Under the pieces are notes generated by a model. That model was not told where the DNA came from and did no database searches. It saw nothing but the letters and a program-made list of their open reading frames with translations. 64,000 nucleotides of DNA, taken from the NCBI RefSeq assembly GCF_963921235.1, contig NC_086109.1:19904001-19968000 (forward strand), given 5' to 3'. This document shows, piece by piece, positions 33,793 to 48,715 of the stretch. Source of the stretch: Mobula hypostoma. Its lineage: Eukaryota. The position numbers were made by a program, and so were the translations under genes. Numbering within the stretch: the first letter of the stretch is position 1; the number at the start of each line of letters is the position of its first letter.

Positions 33793-36769
33793 CAAGTCCT
33801 GAAACATTTAATCTGTTCTCACCCCACTGACGCTACGTGAACTGCTGAATGCTTCTAGCTTTTTCTTCCTTGTCTCAGATTTCCAATATCTTTGTTGATG
33901 CTGGAAATCTGAGATAAAGAAGAAAAAGAACGAACGTTTCTGTGATATTGGTTATAGAACACATATTGGACTGTTCCCCTGTTCTGCTTCTCCGTAATTG
34001 TAATATGATCTTTAGCTCCATCAGTGAGAAAGTACAAGATTTAATCTCTTCAAAAGACAACACTCTCAAGCGTCCAGTTCACATATGGTATGGTCCTGGT
34101 GTTCTGTGCTTAAGTTTCTAGCGAGGGCCTTGAACAATAATCTGGTTCTGAAGGAAAAAGCACTAAAGATTAAAGATCTGTTAAAGATGAAAGATTAGCC
34201 ATTTGTCACATGTACATCAAAAAATACCGTGCAATGTGTCATTTGTACTAGCAACCAAACCAGTGCAACGATGTGCTGGGGGAAAGCCTGCAAGTGTTTC
34301 TGGCATCCACATAGTACACCACAACTTACTAACCCTAACCCGTACGTTTCTTTGGAACATGAGTGGAAACCCAGAGGAAAGCCACATGGTCATGGGGAGA
34401 ACGTACAAATTTCTTGCAGACAGCAGCAGGAATCTCTGATCGACGGCACTGTAGAGTGTTACGCTAACCACCATGCTACCATGCCACCTCCCTACTACCA
34501 TTACCATACCGTACATCGACAGTATTATCACTATCATTGATGGTCTCAGAAGGAGACTACCTTCATGTAGACCCATCTACGCCCGCTGGATACCTTTAAT
34601 CAATAAAGCATTTTTAAAGCATAGTCAGTGTTAAGAGGCAGCCAACCTGTACAGACAAGATCCTATTGTCACAACCACCGTGGAGCACTGTTCCCTTTGA
34701 GCTGCGTGGGTGTGTGGCCGCGCAGTATCTGAAATGCTCCCGTGCACATAGCCTTTGTTGCCACGCAGCTGGAATAAATCCAGACGAGAAAAGTTTACGC
34801 AAGGTAAAATTTTTGTTTATTGTACTATATTTCTTTATACCCTTCAATTAATAAATAAGATCAAAACTACGTGATTTTTCAATTTTCATTCTAAATATTC
34901 ATGGCATGCACATTATATAAAAAAAAACATTTAATGTGCCATGCAGTTTTCAGGCCATGTAAAAATTTCCTGCTCAGACCAATGGTTGGTCCATGCAGCT
35001 GTAAAAAAAAATTATAGGTTCTGTTACACAGAGTCTGGGCACCCTTACAGGCGGACAGCTGCAAGGAGTTGGTAATCACAATTGCAAGAATGCACACTCC
35101 AGCCAATTAGGGTTTCTTTGTGGTTGTATTTAACTTCCTTCCTTTCATTTCAGTCTTGTCAAGTCCTGACTGAAGCACAACGACGAGAAGGCTCCCTGCT
35201 TAACTTAGTTCACATTCTGGGAACGAAGACTACAATTTAGATTGACACTGTAAAGAAGCGGTCTTAACTTAGAATTAGGTTACTGCTTCCGAGCCGCCGT
35301 GTCAGCGTCAGATTTTGTTCTTATTAATATTCAGAGAATTGTTCATTCTGCTTCAGTGTCTCTCCCTCTGTACTTGGCCCATCACTGCACACCATGTCAC
35401 CCATGATAAAATAAATGGGATTTGGATATAAAAGGGGAAAATGTCGAGGCCTCATTCATAATCTTTCAAATATTTATAGAGTCAGAGCGGTGAGGGCTAA
35501 ATACTGCAAAATATACACTCTTGTTCAAAAAAGGCTGAAGGAATAAATTCTCAAATGCAGTGCATTTATATATAGATAAGCTGGTGGAATGGGCAGATAA
35601 CTGGGCGATGAACTTTAATATGGGACTTGTGGAGTTTTACATTTTAGTAGGAAGACAAGAAAATTGGCAACATAAGCTAGAAAGATAAAGAGCAGAGGTA
35701 TGTAGACTGCGAAAATAATTTTTAAAAATACGAGATCCTGCGCTTTGTAAGCATATAGTTTATAGTTTATAAGGGAATAGGAAGGATGTAATGACTTCAG
35801 ATTGAGTGTCTGAGGGACTTATTAAAGTGATTCCAGGCATAAGAGAGTTCAGTTGTATGGACAAAATGGAGAAGCCAAGTTTGTTTCTCTTGGAACAAAG
35901 CAGGCTGCAAGGAATATTATAGAGATGTTTACAAGTAAGAAAGTCTTAGACACACTAAATAGAAAGAAACAGTTCTCTTAGACAAGGGGTTCAAGGAGGG
36001 ATCAGAATCATATTTGCTATCATTAACACATTATGACAATTGTTGTTTGGTGGCAGCAGTACAGTGCAAAGACATACACATTACGATAAGTTATGAAAAT
36101 AAATAAATAGATTTTGATTTAGATTTAGGTTCCTTTCGTATCAGAGAATGTATACGGTATACAACCTGCAATTCATACTCTTCACAGACACCCACTAACC
36201 AGGAGACCCCTTAGAGTGAATGATAGAACATCGAAGCCCGGAAAATCCTCCTCCCCCCCACCATTTGCAGCAGCAGCAGCAAAAGCTTCAATCCCCCTCC
36301 CCCACCGCTCATGTCAGCAAAAGCAACGACCCTCCACATCTCCCCCCCACGTCCTCTCCCCACTATGCAAGCAACAGCAAAAGCCCTCAAAGAGATCTTG
36401 ATCCAGAGTCCATTGAAACTACAGTCTATAACGCAGCAGGTTGGTATCTCAGACATGCTCTCTCGCTCTACAGCGAGGGAGAAAGAGGTCGCTCCTGCGA
36501 CCTAAGGAAAACCTGTCTTATGTAAAGAGAGTTAAAGTCTGGGACACAGTGACAGAGGTAGCACCAGAGGCAAATTCATTTATGGGAAAAGCGATAAGAA
36601 AAGAATATGAAGCTTGTGGGGAGTGGATTGGAGAGTGACAGCTATTGTCTAAAGCTGCTGTGAACTCGATTAGCCAAATGCTTTCCCTCTTATCTGCAAT
36701 CATTCTGTGATTCCCATCTGTTTCTGTCAGTGTTAAAGGAAGAAAGCAAATGTATGGAACAAGTGTCAC

Positions 36770-37050
36770 GATAGCTTAGCGGTTAGCACGACACTATTAC
36801 AGCCCAGAGTGCTCCAGAGTTCGAGTTCAATTCCGGCACCGCCTGTAAGGAATTTGTATGTTCTCCATGTGGGTTTCCTCCAGGTGCTCTGGTTTCCTCC
36901 CACAGTCCAAAGACGTAGTAGGTGGTAGGTTAATTGGTCATTGTAAACTGTCCTGTGATTAGGCTAGGGTTAAACAGGTGGGTTGCTGGGTGGTGTGGCT
37001 CGTTCGGCTGGAAGAGGTTGTCCGCGCTCTATCTCTAAGTAAGTAAAATA
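36770..37050 (+). mobile_element. tRNA-derived SINE
   Basis: A box TAGCTTAGCGG, B box GAGTTCAATTCC, family body, (TAAR)n tail. Confidence 0.75.
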
Positions 37051-37929
37051 CATGATGCCAGTGGGTTTGATTTCAACGTTTAAGAGTAATTTGAATAGGT
37101 ACATGGATGGGAGAGGCATAGAGGGCTAAGTTCTAAGTGCTGTGTGATGGAACTAGGCCGAATAATAGTTCTGCACAGACTGTATGGGCTGAAGGGCCAG
37201 CTTCTCTGTTGTAGTGTTCTATGACTAAAGACTTGCATTTATGTAGTGCCAGGGTGCCCAAGTTCAATGGAGCACTTACAAAGTGTAGCATTGTAAAAAA
37301 GGACTGAAGTGTAGATTGAAAGATGAATGATGAAATATCTCTCCAGGGAGAGATTCCCAGGATTTCTTTGGGATGATTGCCATGTATTTGAATACACAGG
37401 CAAGACTTTGATTTGATGCTTCATGTCGAGGATTGCATTAGGTGGTTGGGCGAGCTTATCATTCTCCCCCAGGTTAAGTAGACACTATTAATTGAAAAAG
37501 AAGTCCTTGTCACACTCAGAATTAATGATCTCTTAGCATGAAACCTTCAATTGTATATTCCCCATTGATTCATCAAAATAATTTATTCAATATTTAGAAG
37601 ATGTCAGTGGGTGGTAGGCAAAGAGGAACGGGATTAGTTTATTGAGAATGCAGCTTACAGGAAATGAGGAAGATGGAAGGCTTGTTGCTTAAATTATTTA
37701 TCGAGAATCCAAAATCAGTGACAGTCAAAACAAGTGAGCCACCTCTACAAGACTTAAGTTGAAACGAGGTCTGTACAGGGAGTCAGCTTTTCTACTTTGC
37801 TCTGGAATTTCTCTGTTTTTAAAACTTATTTTGCATTTCAGAGGTGATGAAGCTTCCTATGGAATCTTTCCCCCTTTCATTCACCTCTACTTCCCACCTA
37901 CACCTGTTCGAAACACATTCTTATTTAAT

Positions 37930-38225
37930 TAAACCCATCACTCCTTCTAGGGCATAAGCCGCTAACAGCAGCTCACCATAGTCCCCTGTCCTGGGCCAGT
38001 CTTTCAAGTTCGTCCCAAATGTAGCCCATTGTCTTGGTATTCTTCCTATCCCAGGGATGGAGTGTTTGGTGCTTCTGTTGGCATTTCTGTAGCTCTGGAT
38101 TTTGATGGAATGAGGTTGCTAGCGTCATGTCCAACCCTTCTCTTTTCGCAGCTGGGCTTGAGACCAAACATAGTGGAGTTTCTATACATGTTCCCAACCT
38201 TTTATACCCCCAACCCCCCAAGCTA
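37930..38225 (-). mobile_element. RTE-clade non-autonomous fragment
   Basis: Minus-strand WDELERLAQDRGLW*AAVSGLCP resembles the RTE ORF C-terminus, joined to a 5'-UTR-like segment. Confidence 0.55.
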
Positions 38226-38699
38226 AAAATTAGGAGCTGACCTGTAGGACATGGCTGACACAGCTTAATATCTCGACAACAGTGGCAAGAAAGCTGCCTA
38301 AACAAGCTCATTGTCCAGGAGGGTGGCTAGCATATCAACACTTTTTAATTGTGTGGACAAGTGCAGTCGATGCACACTAATTGAGTCAATTGGTTGCCAT
38401 TACTGCTGATCTGGTCAGTCGACTCTCCCAGAAGGAAGGCATATGATGAATTATCATCATAATGTTTTGAGCCTGGAAAGTGACCAAGATACTTCTCTGG
38501 CTCCTGTTGCCTTTGTTGTCTGCTTCAACATAGAGTTGGGCTACAGTGGACAGCCGGTGATCTTAAATTCTGGTGACATCTTTACTTTCTCATTGTCAGT
38601 TAGTGCTCCCATCTATTCCTGTTCTTTGGGAATTAGAATTCCTGCTCCATCTCAACCATGAACAGTAGTGAACTTTCCACATACTGACTGAGACCCATA

Positions 38700-39410
38700 C
38701 TGTAAAAGGACTAGATGGGATAGAGCCCTTTCAGGAAAGTTTCCTTAATTAGTACATGGAAGTCCCAGTGAGGGAGAGTGCGATACTTGATCTGCTATTA
38801 GGGAATGGGACAGGGCGGGTGACAGAAGTTTGTGTAGGGAAACTCTTTGCATCTAGAGATCACAATGCCATTAGTTTCAAAGTAAATATGGAAAAAGATA
38901 GAGCTGGTCCGTAGGTTGAAATATTAAATTGGAGAAAGACCGACTTTAATGGTATCAGAAAGGGGATTGGGACGGGTTGTTTCCTGGCAAAGGTGTACTT
39001 GCACAAAACAGCTCCCTGCATCTCTCCACCCCACAACCTCTCCAACCTTTAAGGTGCTTCTGTCAAACTGACATGGACCAAGCCTGTGAGGTGTGTAGAT
39101 AGAGCTAATGCAAACAGGTTTTTACCTCTGAGGTTGGGTGAGACTAAACCATTGAGGTTAAGATTTGGTGGTTAAGGGTGAAAGTTGAAATGTTTAAGGT
39201 GAACCTGAGGGAAAACTTCATCACTCAGAGGGTAGTGAGTGTGGTATGAGCTGCCAGCACAAGTAATGGATGCAGCTTTGTTTGGAACACTTATGAGAAG
39301 GTTGAGTAGATACAGAGATGGAGGGGCATGGAGGGCTATGGTGAAAGTGTAAGTCAATGAGACTAGGCAGAATAACAGTTCAACACTGAATAGATGGGTT
39401 AAAGGGCCTA
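38700..39410 (+). mobile_element. CR1 fragments (endonuclease-region piece and 3' end)
   Basis: AILDLLLGN.TG.VT.V.VG..F.S.DHN.ISF motif at about 38780-38880; FITQRVVSVWYELP 3' motif. Confidence 0.75.
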
Positions 39411-41384
39411 TGAATCAGGAGGTTACAGGGGGAATTTGTTTTCAGCAGCAAGTCTTTATAATCCAGAAGATATAGTTCTGGATTGCACTCTCTGAAAGGG
39501 AAGTGTAAGAAAATTCAGCAGTAAATTTAGGAAAGAATTAGAGATACACTTCAACAGGCTTAGTATTTCCATGGGGAAAGTAAAGAAGCCAGAGTAATTG
39601 GATAGCTCTTTCTAAAAGTCAATATTGTCTCAACGTGTTGTAAATTCCTGAGACCACTTGCACTTGACTATTCCACACAGAGCGCCCAAGACATCCCCAA
39701 TTCCCAGTGATCCATTAAGTTTTCTGTGGAATGGTATATACATTTGAGTGCAGACTATATGAAATAATTAATATGTTCCTTTGACCTTTGCGTAATCAAA
39801 GGGAGATTGATAATCTTACACCACAGTGAAGAATAGCATGTTGAATGAATCCTTTAAAATGATGTATTAAAAGACATTAGCAGGCAATGATTTATTCATA
39901 GGTTATATGAACAGTGATGTCATATAACGTAGTTCCCTCATCAATAAATAGGTTCATTGCCATCAATATGCACAAAATGCTGGAGGATCTCGATAGGTTA
40001 GGAGGCAGCTATAGAAGGAAATGAACAGTTGATGTTTCGGAATGATACTCTTCATCATTGGCATTTTAATATCATCACAAAAAATACCTTACTTATTTTT
40101 CAAATACCCTCAGAACATGTCCATTGAGGATTAAAGGGTTACCGAAAGAAACAGTACACTGCAGGAGGCAATTTTGTTCAATGTGCCTGTGACAGCTCTT
40201 TGGTGGACCCATCAATTAATCCCACATCCATGCCCTATCTCCAGAGTCCATTCATCAAAAGACAAAGCACGGGAGTTCTGGTCAACATTTGTCTTTCAAC
40301 TTTCAACACGAAGAACAGATCGATAGAGCACTATAACAATGTGGGAGCTCGCTGTGCGTGCACTTTGACTAACATTGTGAGTGTCTTCAAGGAATCTGCG
40401 TATCATGTTCTTGTAATTTCTTTTATTATTTACACGACTTGTCTTCTTTTGCACATTGGCTGTTCGTCAGTGTTTGTTTTTTTTTTGTAAATTCTATTGT
40501 ATTTCTCTTCTTTCCTGTAAATACCTGCAAGAAAATGAACCTCAAGGAAGTATATGGTGACGTATAAAGTATTGTACTTTGATAAAAAATTTACTTTGAA
40601 CTTTTCTACTCAAAAGAGCTGAAAACGCTCAATTACTAAGTAAATTCAAGGCAAAAATATTAAGGGAATCAGTGGATATAGAATAATGTAGGAAAATGGA
40701 GCATAGGTAGAAGCCGTGATCTTGAGAACTGGCACTTTGGGCTTGGAGGGCTGTATGACTTTTTCCTGCCCCAATGAGGTTAAGGTGGGTTCCCCACAGC
40801 CAACCACAGGTCAGACAGAGGGTGCTGATGGATCTGACTGTTTGCTAGTTGAGGTAGTGGTAAGTTCCTTCTGCCATTTTTGTTGGGTTTCTGAGCAATC
40901 CAATTGAATAGACGTTGGATTTTCAGTCATCTCAAATATTCCTTTTCCCTTTTTGAATGCCCTTTGGCCAGGGATTTCCCAATGGCTGCTGGGAATGTTG
41001 GACATTCTCCTGCCATGGCAGTGCGTCAGTTTGAGGAGTCTGGTGTCCAGAGTCAGAACAATTTGGCTCGCCCATTAGAGCAGACTGAGTAGATTTCTCA
41101 GTGGTGGGAATGTTTTCTTGGAAAAGCTGGTTTACTTCACCCAACAGCAGACTTGGAAGATTTTGTGCAGCCAGAGTTGAGTGTACTTCCCCAGCACGTT
41201 GAGATGCTGGTTCTAGTTGAAGTGTACAGGAAGACAGGAACCACAGCTGCTCATTTGATCCATGAATGTTAGTGCAGGATTTGATCTTCAACATCACATT
41301 CAAAGTTAAGATTATTGTCCTAAGCACAAGTATATGTATGTGCAGATGCATTGAAAAATTTACTTGTTTTATGCTTCTATGAGT

Positions 41385-41572
41385 ATATGAAGACCAATTC
41401 AAGCTGACAGGAAGATACCAGTAACTCAAGTAGCCTTGCATTACAACATTGGAGTGCAGATAAACGTCTCGGAATGCACAGCATGTCAAACCTTGAAGTG
41501 GATGGGCTCCACAGCAGCAGGAGACCAGACCGGGTTCCACTCCTGTACCTAATAAAGTGGCCACTGAGTGTA
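41385..41572 (+). mobile_element. Tc1-like MITE fragment
   Basis: Transposase HTH remnant (QADRK...TLKWMG..SRRP.RVPLL) ending in the TIR GTACCTAATAAAGTGGCCACTGAGTG followed by TA. Confidence 0.8.
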
Positions 41573-43994
41573 TATTGTTCCTTTAAAGTAGTGAAACACA
41601 GCAAGGGACACAACAGGGGTAATACAACAGTGGAGTGGCAATGAGCTGCAGAACGGAGCTTCTGTCCTTATTGCTAATGAGCTGAGAGTTATTGGGCAAT
41701 GCTGTCAGTCAAGGATTTTTTTAAAAACTGCAAATACTTTGCAGGACAAGCAGTATCTGTAGAAAGAGAAAAAATAGTTAATGCTCTGATCAACAGTCCT
41801 TTATCATACAGTATCTGACCAAGTGTGCTCAACTTGAATTAATCAGAGTCTTAAAAGCCATTCATCCCAATTCCTCAGGATGCCCACCGAAACACGTCCC
41901 ACTGTCAGTTATTGGCCCATATCCCTCCGAAGGTAAAGAGATTAGCATTGTTTGTCACCCGTACATCCAAACGTAGAGGGGAACGTGCCATTCGCAGCGC
42001 GGCCCAGGTGCCACCACGTTTCTGGCACCCCACATAGCACATCCACAACTTGTGAACCATAACTTTCGAATGTGGGAGGGAGCCTGAGCACGCGGAAGAG
42101 ACCCACGCGGCCAAGGGGGAAACGTACAAAATCCTTACAGCCGGCAGTGGAGATTGAACCCCCATCTTACAGCTGGTGCTGTGATAGCATTACAGTAACC
42201 AGTACGTTACAGTGCTTCCCAACCTTTCCTATCCATGCGCCTGTCCAAGTATCTTTTAAGTGTTGTTATCTTGTAGCGAGAAAGTGATAAAATTACTTTA
42301 AACTTTGTACCTGCCACAACCACCTCCTCCAAATTGTTATGTCATTTTTACCTCAGGTTCAAGTCAGCAACTACCCCTCAACCATCAGGTTCTTGAACAA
42401 AAGGGATGACTACACTCATTTAAGGACTCCTTTATCTTGTTATTTCATGCTCATTAATTATTGCTATTTATTTATTATCTGCATTTGCTTGTTTCCAGCT
42501 TATAGTTCCCAATGTTTACAGTTTACAGTTACTGTTCTATAAATTTGCTAAGTATGCCCGCAGAAAAATAATCTCACGGTTGTATGTGGTGACATGTATG
42601 TACTCAGATAGTAACTTTTACTTTGAACTTCTGAACTTAATCTTCCTACAGCCACTGCCTGACCTGCTGTGTGTTTTTTGCACCTTCAGATTTTATTTCA
42701 GATTTTCAGCATCTGCAGTGTTTTGGGTATCAATTGCAGCACCGATTAAGGACTTGACTGTGATGCCACTGCAGTGGAATATCTTCATGCCTCTCACTGC
42801 CTAAGAGGAACAAAGCACCCGAATGAAGAGCTGTTAACATCTAGTGGCGGGGGGGTGGGCCTGTGAGAGAAATTGTGCAGGAAATTGAAGTGGCAGGAAG
42901 TTGGGAGCAACACATAGGGGAACCCCTTGAGGAGTAAGAGAGGAAGGTGTCTTGGGTGAGGCAGGCTGCCAGCAGCAGGGGGTGTGCTTGAAGTCTCCGC
43001 AGGGGATGGGTGCTGCAGCTGCTCCTCTTTGGCTTCTGTTGATACCGAGTGCTTTCCCGGCAGAATCAGCCTTTCGAAAGAGCAGCTGCAAAGTAATTGA
43101 CTCTTTCAAATCACCCAGGGCGCTGTGCCAAGCCTTTTCCTGCATGCAGACTGCTCAAGAATCATTTGTCCATTAACACAAGAGCTGAAAATGACTCGTT
43201 TCCCACAATCACACTCACTTCAGTCTCCACTCCCGACTCTGTTAACCCTATCAATCCCTAATGCTCGCTGAACATGCCGCTTGTTCAGTGAACTTTCTGT
43301 TCATTCAGTGGACTTTATGTTCGTACGTTCTCCCTGTGACTGTGTGGGTGCTTCGGTTTTTAGTTAATTGTTATTTATTGGGATTTAGCGCAGAATAGGC
43401 CCTCCCAGCCCTTCGAGCCACACCGCCCAGCAATCCCCAATTTAATCTGAGCCCAATCACGGGACGATTTACAAAGTCCAATTAACCTACCAGCCAGTAT
43501 GTCTTTGGACTGTGGAAGGAAACCCACACGGTCACAGGGAGAATGTACAGACTCCTCCCGCATTGCAAAGACATACAGGTTAGTAGGTTAATTGGGCACA
43601 TGTTTGTAATTGGACAGCACGGGCTCATTGTGCTAAAAGGGCCCTATCTCGCAATTAATGAATGAATTAATTAAAGTTATCTATCTGGAATTCACAAAAC
43701 TACGGAATGCTTACAGCATGAAAGGGGTCTATTCAGCTCATGAATCCATACCCATCTATTTATAGGAATCCTGCCAGACTCACGCCCAACCCGCTCTCCA
43801 TAGCCCTGCAAATTCTTTCCTTTCTGATCTGAATTTTACACAGATTGTAGAGCAGTACTGCAAGAGAAAGGCTCTTTGGCCCACGGCGTCTATGTCAAGC
43901 ACAATGCCAAATTGAACTAAATCTCATCTGCCTGCACAGATCCAGTTTCCTTCATTCCTTGTACGTTCATGTGACTGTCTAAAAGGCTCTTAAA

Positions 43995-44560
43995 CTCAAC
44001 TATTGCATCTGCATCACGGCTTGGTATGGAAACACCAATGCCTTTGAATGGAAAATCCTACAAAAAGTAGTGGATTCAGCCTAGTACATCACAGGTAAAT
44101 CCCTCCCCACCATAGAGCACAGTTACATGAACCGTTGCCATAGGAAAGCAGCATCCATCATCTGAGATCTCCACCACTCAGTTCATGCTCCTTTCTCACT
44201 GCTGCCATCAGGACTCTCACCACCGGGTTCGAGAAAAGTTACCACCCCTCAACCATCAGGCTCTTGAACAAACAGGGATAACTACACTCACTTGCCCATC
44301 CAGTGAGATGCTCTCACAACCAATGATCTCACTTAAAGGAATCTTTATCTCATTATCTCATGTTCTCATTATTTATTGCTATTTATTTATATTTGTGTTT
44401 GCACAATTTGGTGTCTTCTGCACTCTGAAACAGGATCTTTCATTGATCCTGTTATAGTTACTATTCTATAGATTTGCTGAATATGCCTGCAGGAAAATGA
44501 ATCTCAGGGTTGTATATGGTGACATATATGTACTTTGATATAATATTTTGCTTTAAATTT
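43995..44560 (+). mobile_element. Rex1/Babar-type 3' fragment nested in a minus-strand CR1 (about 43700-44830)
   Basis: CITAWYGN...K.LQKVV..A..ITG motif and 3' UTR; CR1 sequence resumes on both sides. Confidence 0.72.
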
Positions 44561-45759
44561 TGCATCCTCCAGTACCCTGGCAATCCATTCTGGGCATCTA
44601 AAAAAAATTGCCCCCCCCCCACCCCATCCCAAATCCCCCTTAATCTTTCTCCCTCTCAACTTAAGTACATGTCCTCTAAAGTCTAACATTTCTACACTGG
44701 GAAAATGATTCTGACAGTCTTCCTTACCTATGTCCCTCATAATCTTATAAACTTTGATCAGGTCTCCCGTCAGCCTCTGATGCTCCACAGAAAACAATCC
44801 AAATTAGTCCAGGTTCCGCTTACAGATCATACCGTTGACTCAACTTTCAAGGTTACTTATCATGTTTACATTGAAACATACAGTGAAATGGACTGTTTGC
44901 ATTGACAAGCAATACCACCAAGGATGTGCTGTGGGCAGCCGGCAAGTGTCACCGGACGTTCCGGTAGAGCCTGCCCCACCGTGCTTGGTTCAACAACACA
45001 GAACACAGCAAAACGGAACAGGGGAAGCAACAAGGCAACGACAGCAAAACAAGACCCGTTTCTTCCTCCCAACCACGCACATACAGAGTCCCCTAACACC
45101 AAGATAGATCTTGCTTTATATTTAGTGCTCCACTTAAATCTGCCTCCAATGCCACCTCAGGCAACTCATCCTAGACATACATACAAACCGGGTAACAACG
45201 CTTCCCTCATGTCTCCTTTGGCTCTTACACCAATCATCTACACCCTACTCTTTGAACTCCTTTTATCTGCTCCGAAATAAAAGAGACCCATTTTGTTTTT
45301 GAGTTATTGTTCCATTTTATATGAAATGGAGTGCTTCTGAAGTAAGAGAAAGAAATACCCAATGAAGCAAGAAACTCAGTCAAAATTTCAGGCCGATGTC
45401 TTTCATCAGAATGTTAGAAACGAGTAGAAGTTTTGCTGGCAGATTTAGTACACTGAACAAGTGTTCATAAATGGAATTTTTGAAAGTGGTATCAGTATAG
45501 GTGGGTATTTAATACCCAGCATAGACATGGTGCACTGAAGGGACTATTTCTGAGGTGCTTGACTCCCCGACTGTAGAGTAGCAGTCAAATATCCAAGCGG
45601 ATCTGTGCAACAATCAAGAGGAAGTCAGTGGGTGAGGAGAGATATGGATATTTGGCATTGCAGGCTGAGAACTTTCATCTGGATTTGAGCTGATTGAATC
45701 AAGGAGTAAAGCATTGGTGGGAAGGGATGTCAGAGCCAGTTCTTTTTTACACAGAGATT

Positions 45760-46750
45760 GGAGGGTGCAGGGGAAGTTCGGGTGTGCGGAAGGACTTAGT
45801 CAGAATAGGAGAATGGGTTAAGAAGTGGCAGATGGAATATAGTGTAGGGAAGTGCATGGTCATGCACTTTGATCGAAGGAGTAAAGACAGACCATTTTCT
45901 AAATGTGGAGAGAATTCAAAGATCAGAGGCGCAAAGGGACTTGGGAGTCCTCCTGCAGGATTCCCTAAAGATTAATTTTGCAAGTTGATTTGGTGGTAAG
46001 GAAGACAAATGCAATGTTAACATTAATTTTGAGAGGAATAGAAAATAAAAGCAAGGATGTAATGCTGAGGCTTTATTGAACATTGGTTAAATTGCACTTG
46101 GAGTATTGTGAGCTGTTTTGGGTCCCTTATCTATAAACAGATGTTCGGGAATTGGAGACGGTCCAGAGGAGGTTCACAAGGGTGATCCCAGGAACGAAAG
46201 GGTTAATGTATGAAGAGCATTTGATGGTGCTGGGCCTGTACTCATTAGAGTTTAGAAGAAATGAGAGGGGGGAACTCATTGAAACCTATCGAATATTGAA
46301 ACGCTTAGACAGTAAGGATGTTTCCTGTAGTGGGGGAGTCTGGGACCAAGGGTACAGCCTCAGAATAAAAGGACATCCACTTAGAACAGAAGAAATTTCC
46401 TCAGCCAGAGGGTAGTGAATCTTCAGTGTTCATTGCCACAGCCGACTGTGGACGTTTAACGTGGATGTTGATAGATTCTTGATGAGTAAGGTTATCAAAG
46501 GTAACAGAGTAAAGACAAGAGATTGGGGTTGAGAGGGATAATAAATCAGCCATGATGGAATGGTGCAGCAAATTCTGCTCCTATGTGTGGAACACCCTGT
46601 TAGGGGTGATGTTAGACGCAGATACGTTAGGGGCATTAAAGAAACTCTTGGATAGACACACAGATGATAGATAAATGGAGGGCTATGTAGGAGGGTAGGG
46701 TTAAATAGGTTAAATGGTTGGCACAATGTTGTGGGCCAAAGAACCTCTAT
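45760..46750 (+). mobile_element. Degenerate CR1 LINE 3' region(s)
   Basis: KDLVRIGEWVKKWQMEYSVGKCMVMHF and ETVQRRFTRVIPG motifs. Confidence 0.85.
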
Positions 46751-48169
46751 TGTGCTGTAATGCCTTATTGCCTATGAACTTGATTGGGTTTGGGACCATT
46801 TAGAAACCTCCACCACTTGAGGAAGTCTTCAACTGGAGTATATTCCTCTACTTATTCACTAGCTTTGATGGTTATAAGATAAGCTGATAGATGTCAGGCC
46901 ATCTTTGTCAGGTATGTGGCCGTGAACCATAGCCACAAGCAGAGACCAGCTAATTTAAGGATCAATGGCGTAACAACAAGGGGGAAAAATGAAACAAAAA
47001 TGTCTCAGAACTTGTCACAGATTCATCCTTCGGATGAAGCCTGGCCCACAATCACCCAGATCCGCTTTGCTGCTAAAGATGGTGGGTCACAATTAAAGAA
47101 GAGCAGTGAGCTCTTCTCGGTATTTGAACCCTTTAATCCTCACCCGTCATTATCCAATCATTGGTCTCATTGCTGTCTGTGCATAACTGGCCGAAGTGAT
47201 TTCCTACCTAGTAATAGTAATTGTACTTTATCGCTCATAAATTGTTTTGGGAGGTTTTGTGTTCGTAACTAGAGGGCAAGTGGTCCTTTATCATTCTCAA
47301 GTTCTTTAGACAGACAGAGCCCCTAGTCATGTAGAATCATCCAAGAATGTCAGGAACTCCAGGCCACCAGAGAATCTAAATTAGAATGGCTTTGGAACAA
47401 GGAGAATTGGATTCCAATGCTGGATTTTACATTAATGGCAACAGATCTAAAAGACCTCTGATAATGAGATTAATTAGATCATATTATTACCATATGCACC
47501 ATGATGCAATTAAATATCTTATTTAGAAAAAGCTCAGAGAGTAAACAACATACTTGTCAATAATAAATACAACAATAAATATAATAAAAGCAAAAAATCA
47601 GAATGGTTAAAAGATAACAGTGCAAACTGAAGTAGTGCAACAACAAACTGAAGTGATAATGTACTCTGTATTTCAAATGACCATTTGGCCCATCAAGTCT
47701 TCTCCTCCATTCTACCATGACTGATATATTGTTCCTCTCAACCTCATTCTCCTGACTTCTCCCATAACTTTTGATGCCCTGACTAATCAAGAACCTATCA
47801 ACCTCCACTCTGAATATATGCAAGAATTTGGTCTCCACAGCCATCTGTGCAATGAATTCCACAGATTCACCACCCTCTAGCTAAAAAAAAATCCTCCTCA
47901 TCTCTGTTCTAAAAGGATGCTCTTCTATTCCCTGTGCTCCCTGCATTAGACATGCTTCGTAATTTTGTTATAGAGTGCTTCCTTATTGCTAGAAGTTCCT
48001 TGAAACCTTCTACAAGAGGCAGGGTGGAGATTTTTGGCCCACAGTGTGGGCTGAAGGGGAGAACCCTTCTCCCTTGCCCCCTTCTGAAATAGGAAACGCC
48101 TATCCCTTTCATACTTTGCCAGATTTAGCAGGCAAATCCTTAACAGGACAGCAATCTACTTGACATGTT

Positions 48170-48710
48170 GGATGAGTTGCCTTCTGTCCAGCACATAGGT
48201 GTAGCAACATCTTTACTTACCTAGGAGGATGGGGAGGTTCCACATGTCACCAAACACTCCCAGTCTTCTACAGATGTACCCTGACTGGTTGCATCGTAGT
48301 CTGGTAGAGCAATCTCAGTGCACAGGAATGTCAGAAGCTGCAGTGAGCAGTGAACTCAGCCCAGTACCTCATGGGCACATCTCTCTCCACAATCTGCAGT
48401 ACCTACAGGAGGGTCTACCTCAGGAGGGCAACATCCATCATAAAATATCTCCACTGCCAATGCCATGCAATCTTCTCTCCGTCCAATCGGGCAGGAGATA
48501 TGGAATCCTGAAGTTGCACACCATCATGTTCAAGAACAGTTACTTCTCTTCAACCATTTAGTTTCAGCACCAACCAGCACAACCTTAATCACTACCTCAG
48601 TTCAGCAGCACAATGACCATTTTGATCACTTCACACTACAAAAGACCTTTTGTTCTAATTGTGTTCTGTCTTGTATAATTTTGTATAATTTATGTTTTTT
48701 TCTTCTTCTG
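48170..48710 (+). mobile_element. Rex1/Babar-type 3' fragment
   Basis: SGRRYGILKLHTIMFKNSYF motif and upstream degenerate coding sequence. Confidence 0.7.
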
Positions 48711-48715
48711 AATGA

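Noticed and set aside
40932..41564. 210-aa minus-strand ORF
   Set aside because: Begins in a Tc1 relic and crosses unrelated repeat fragments; no coherent protein signal.
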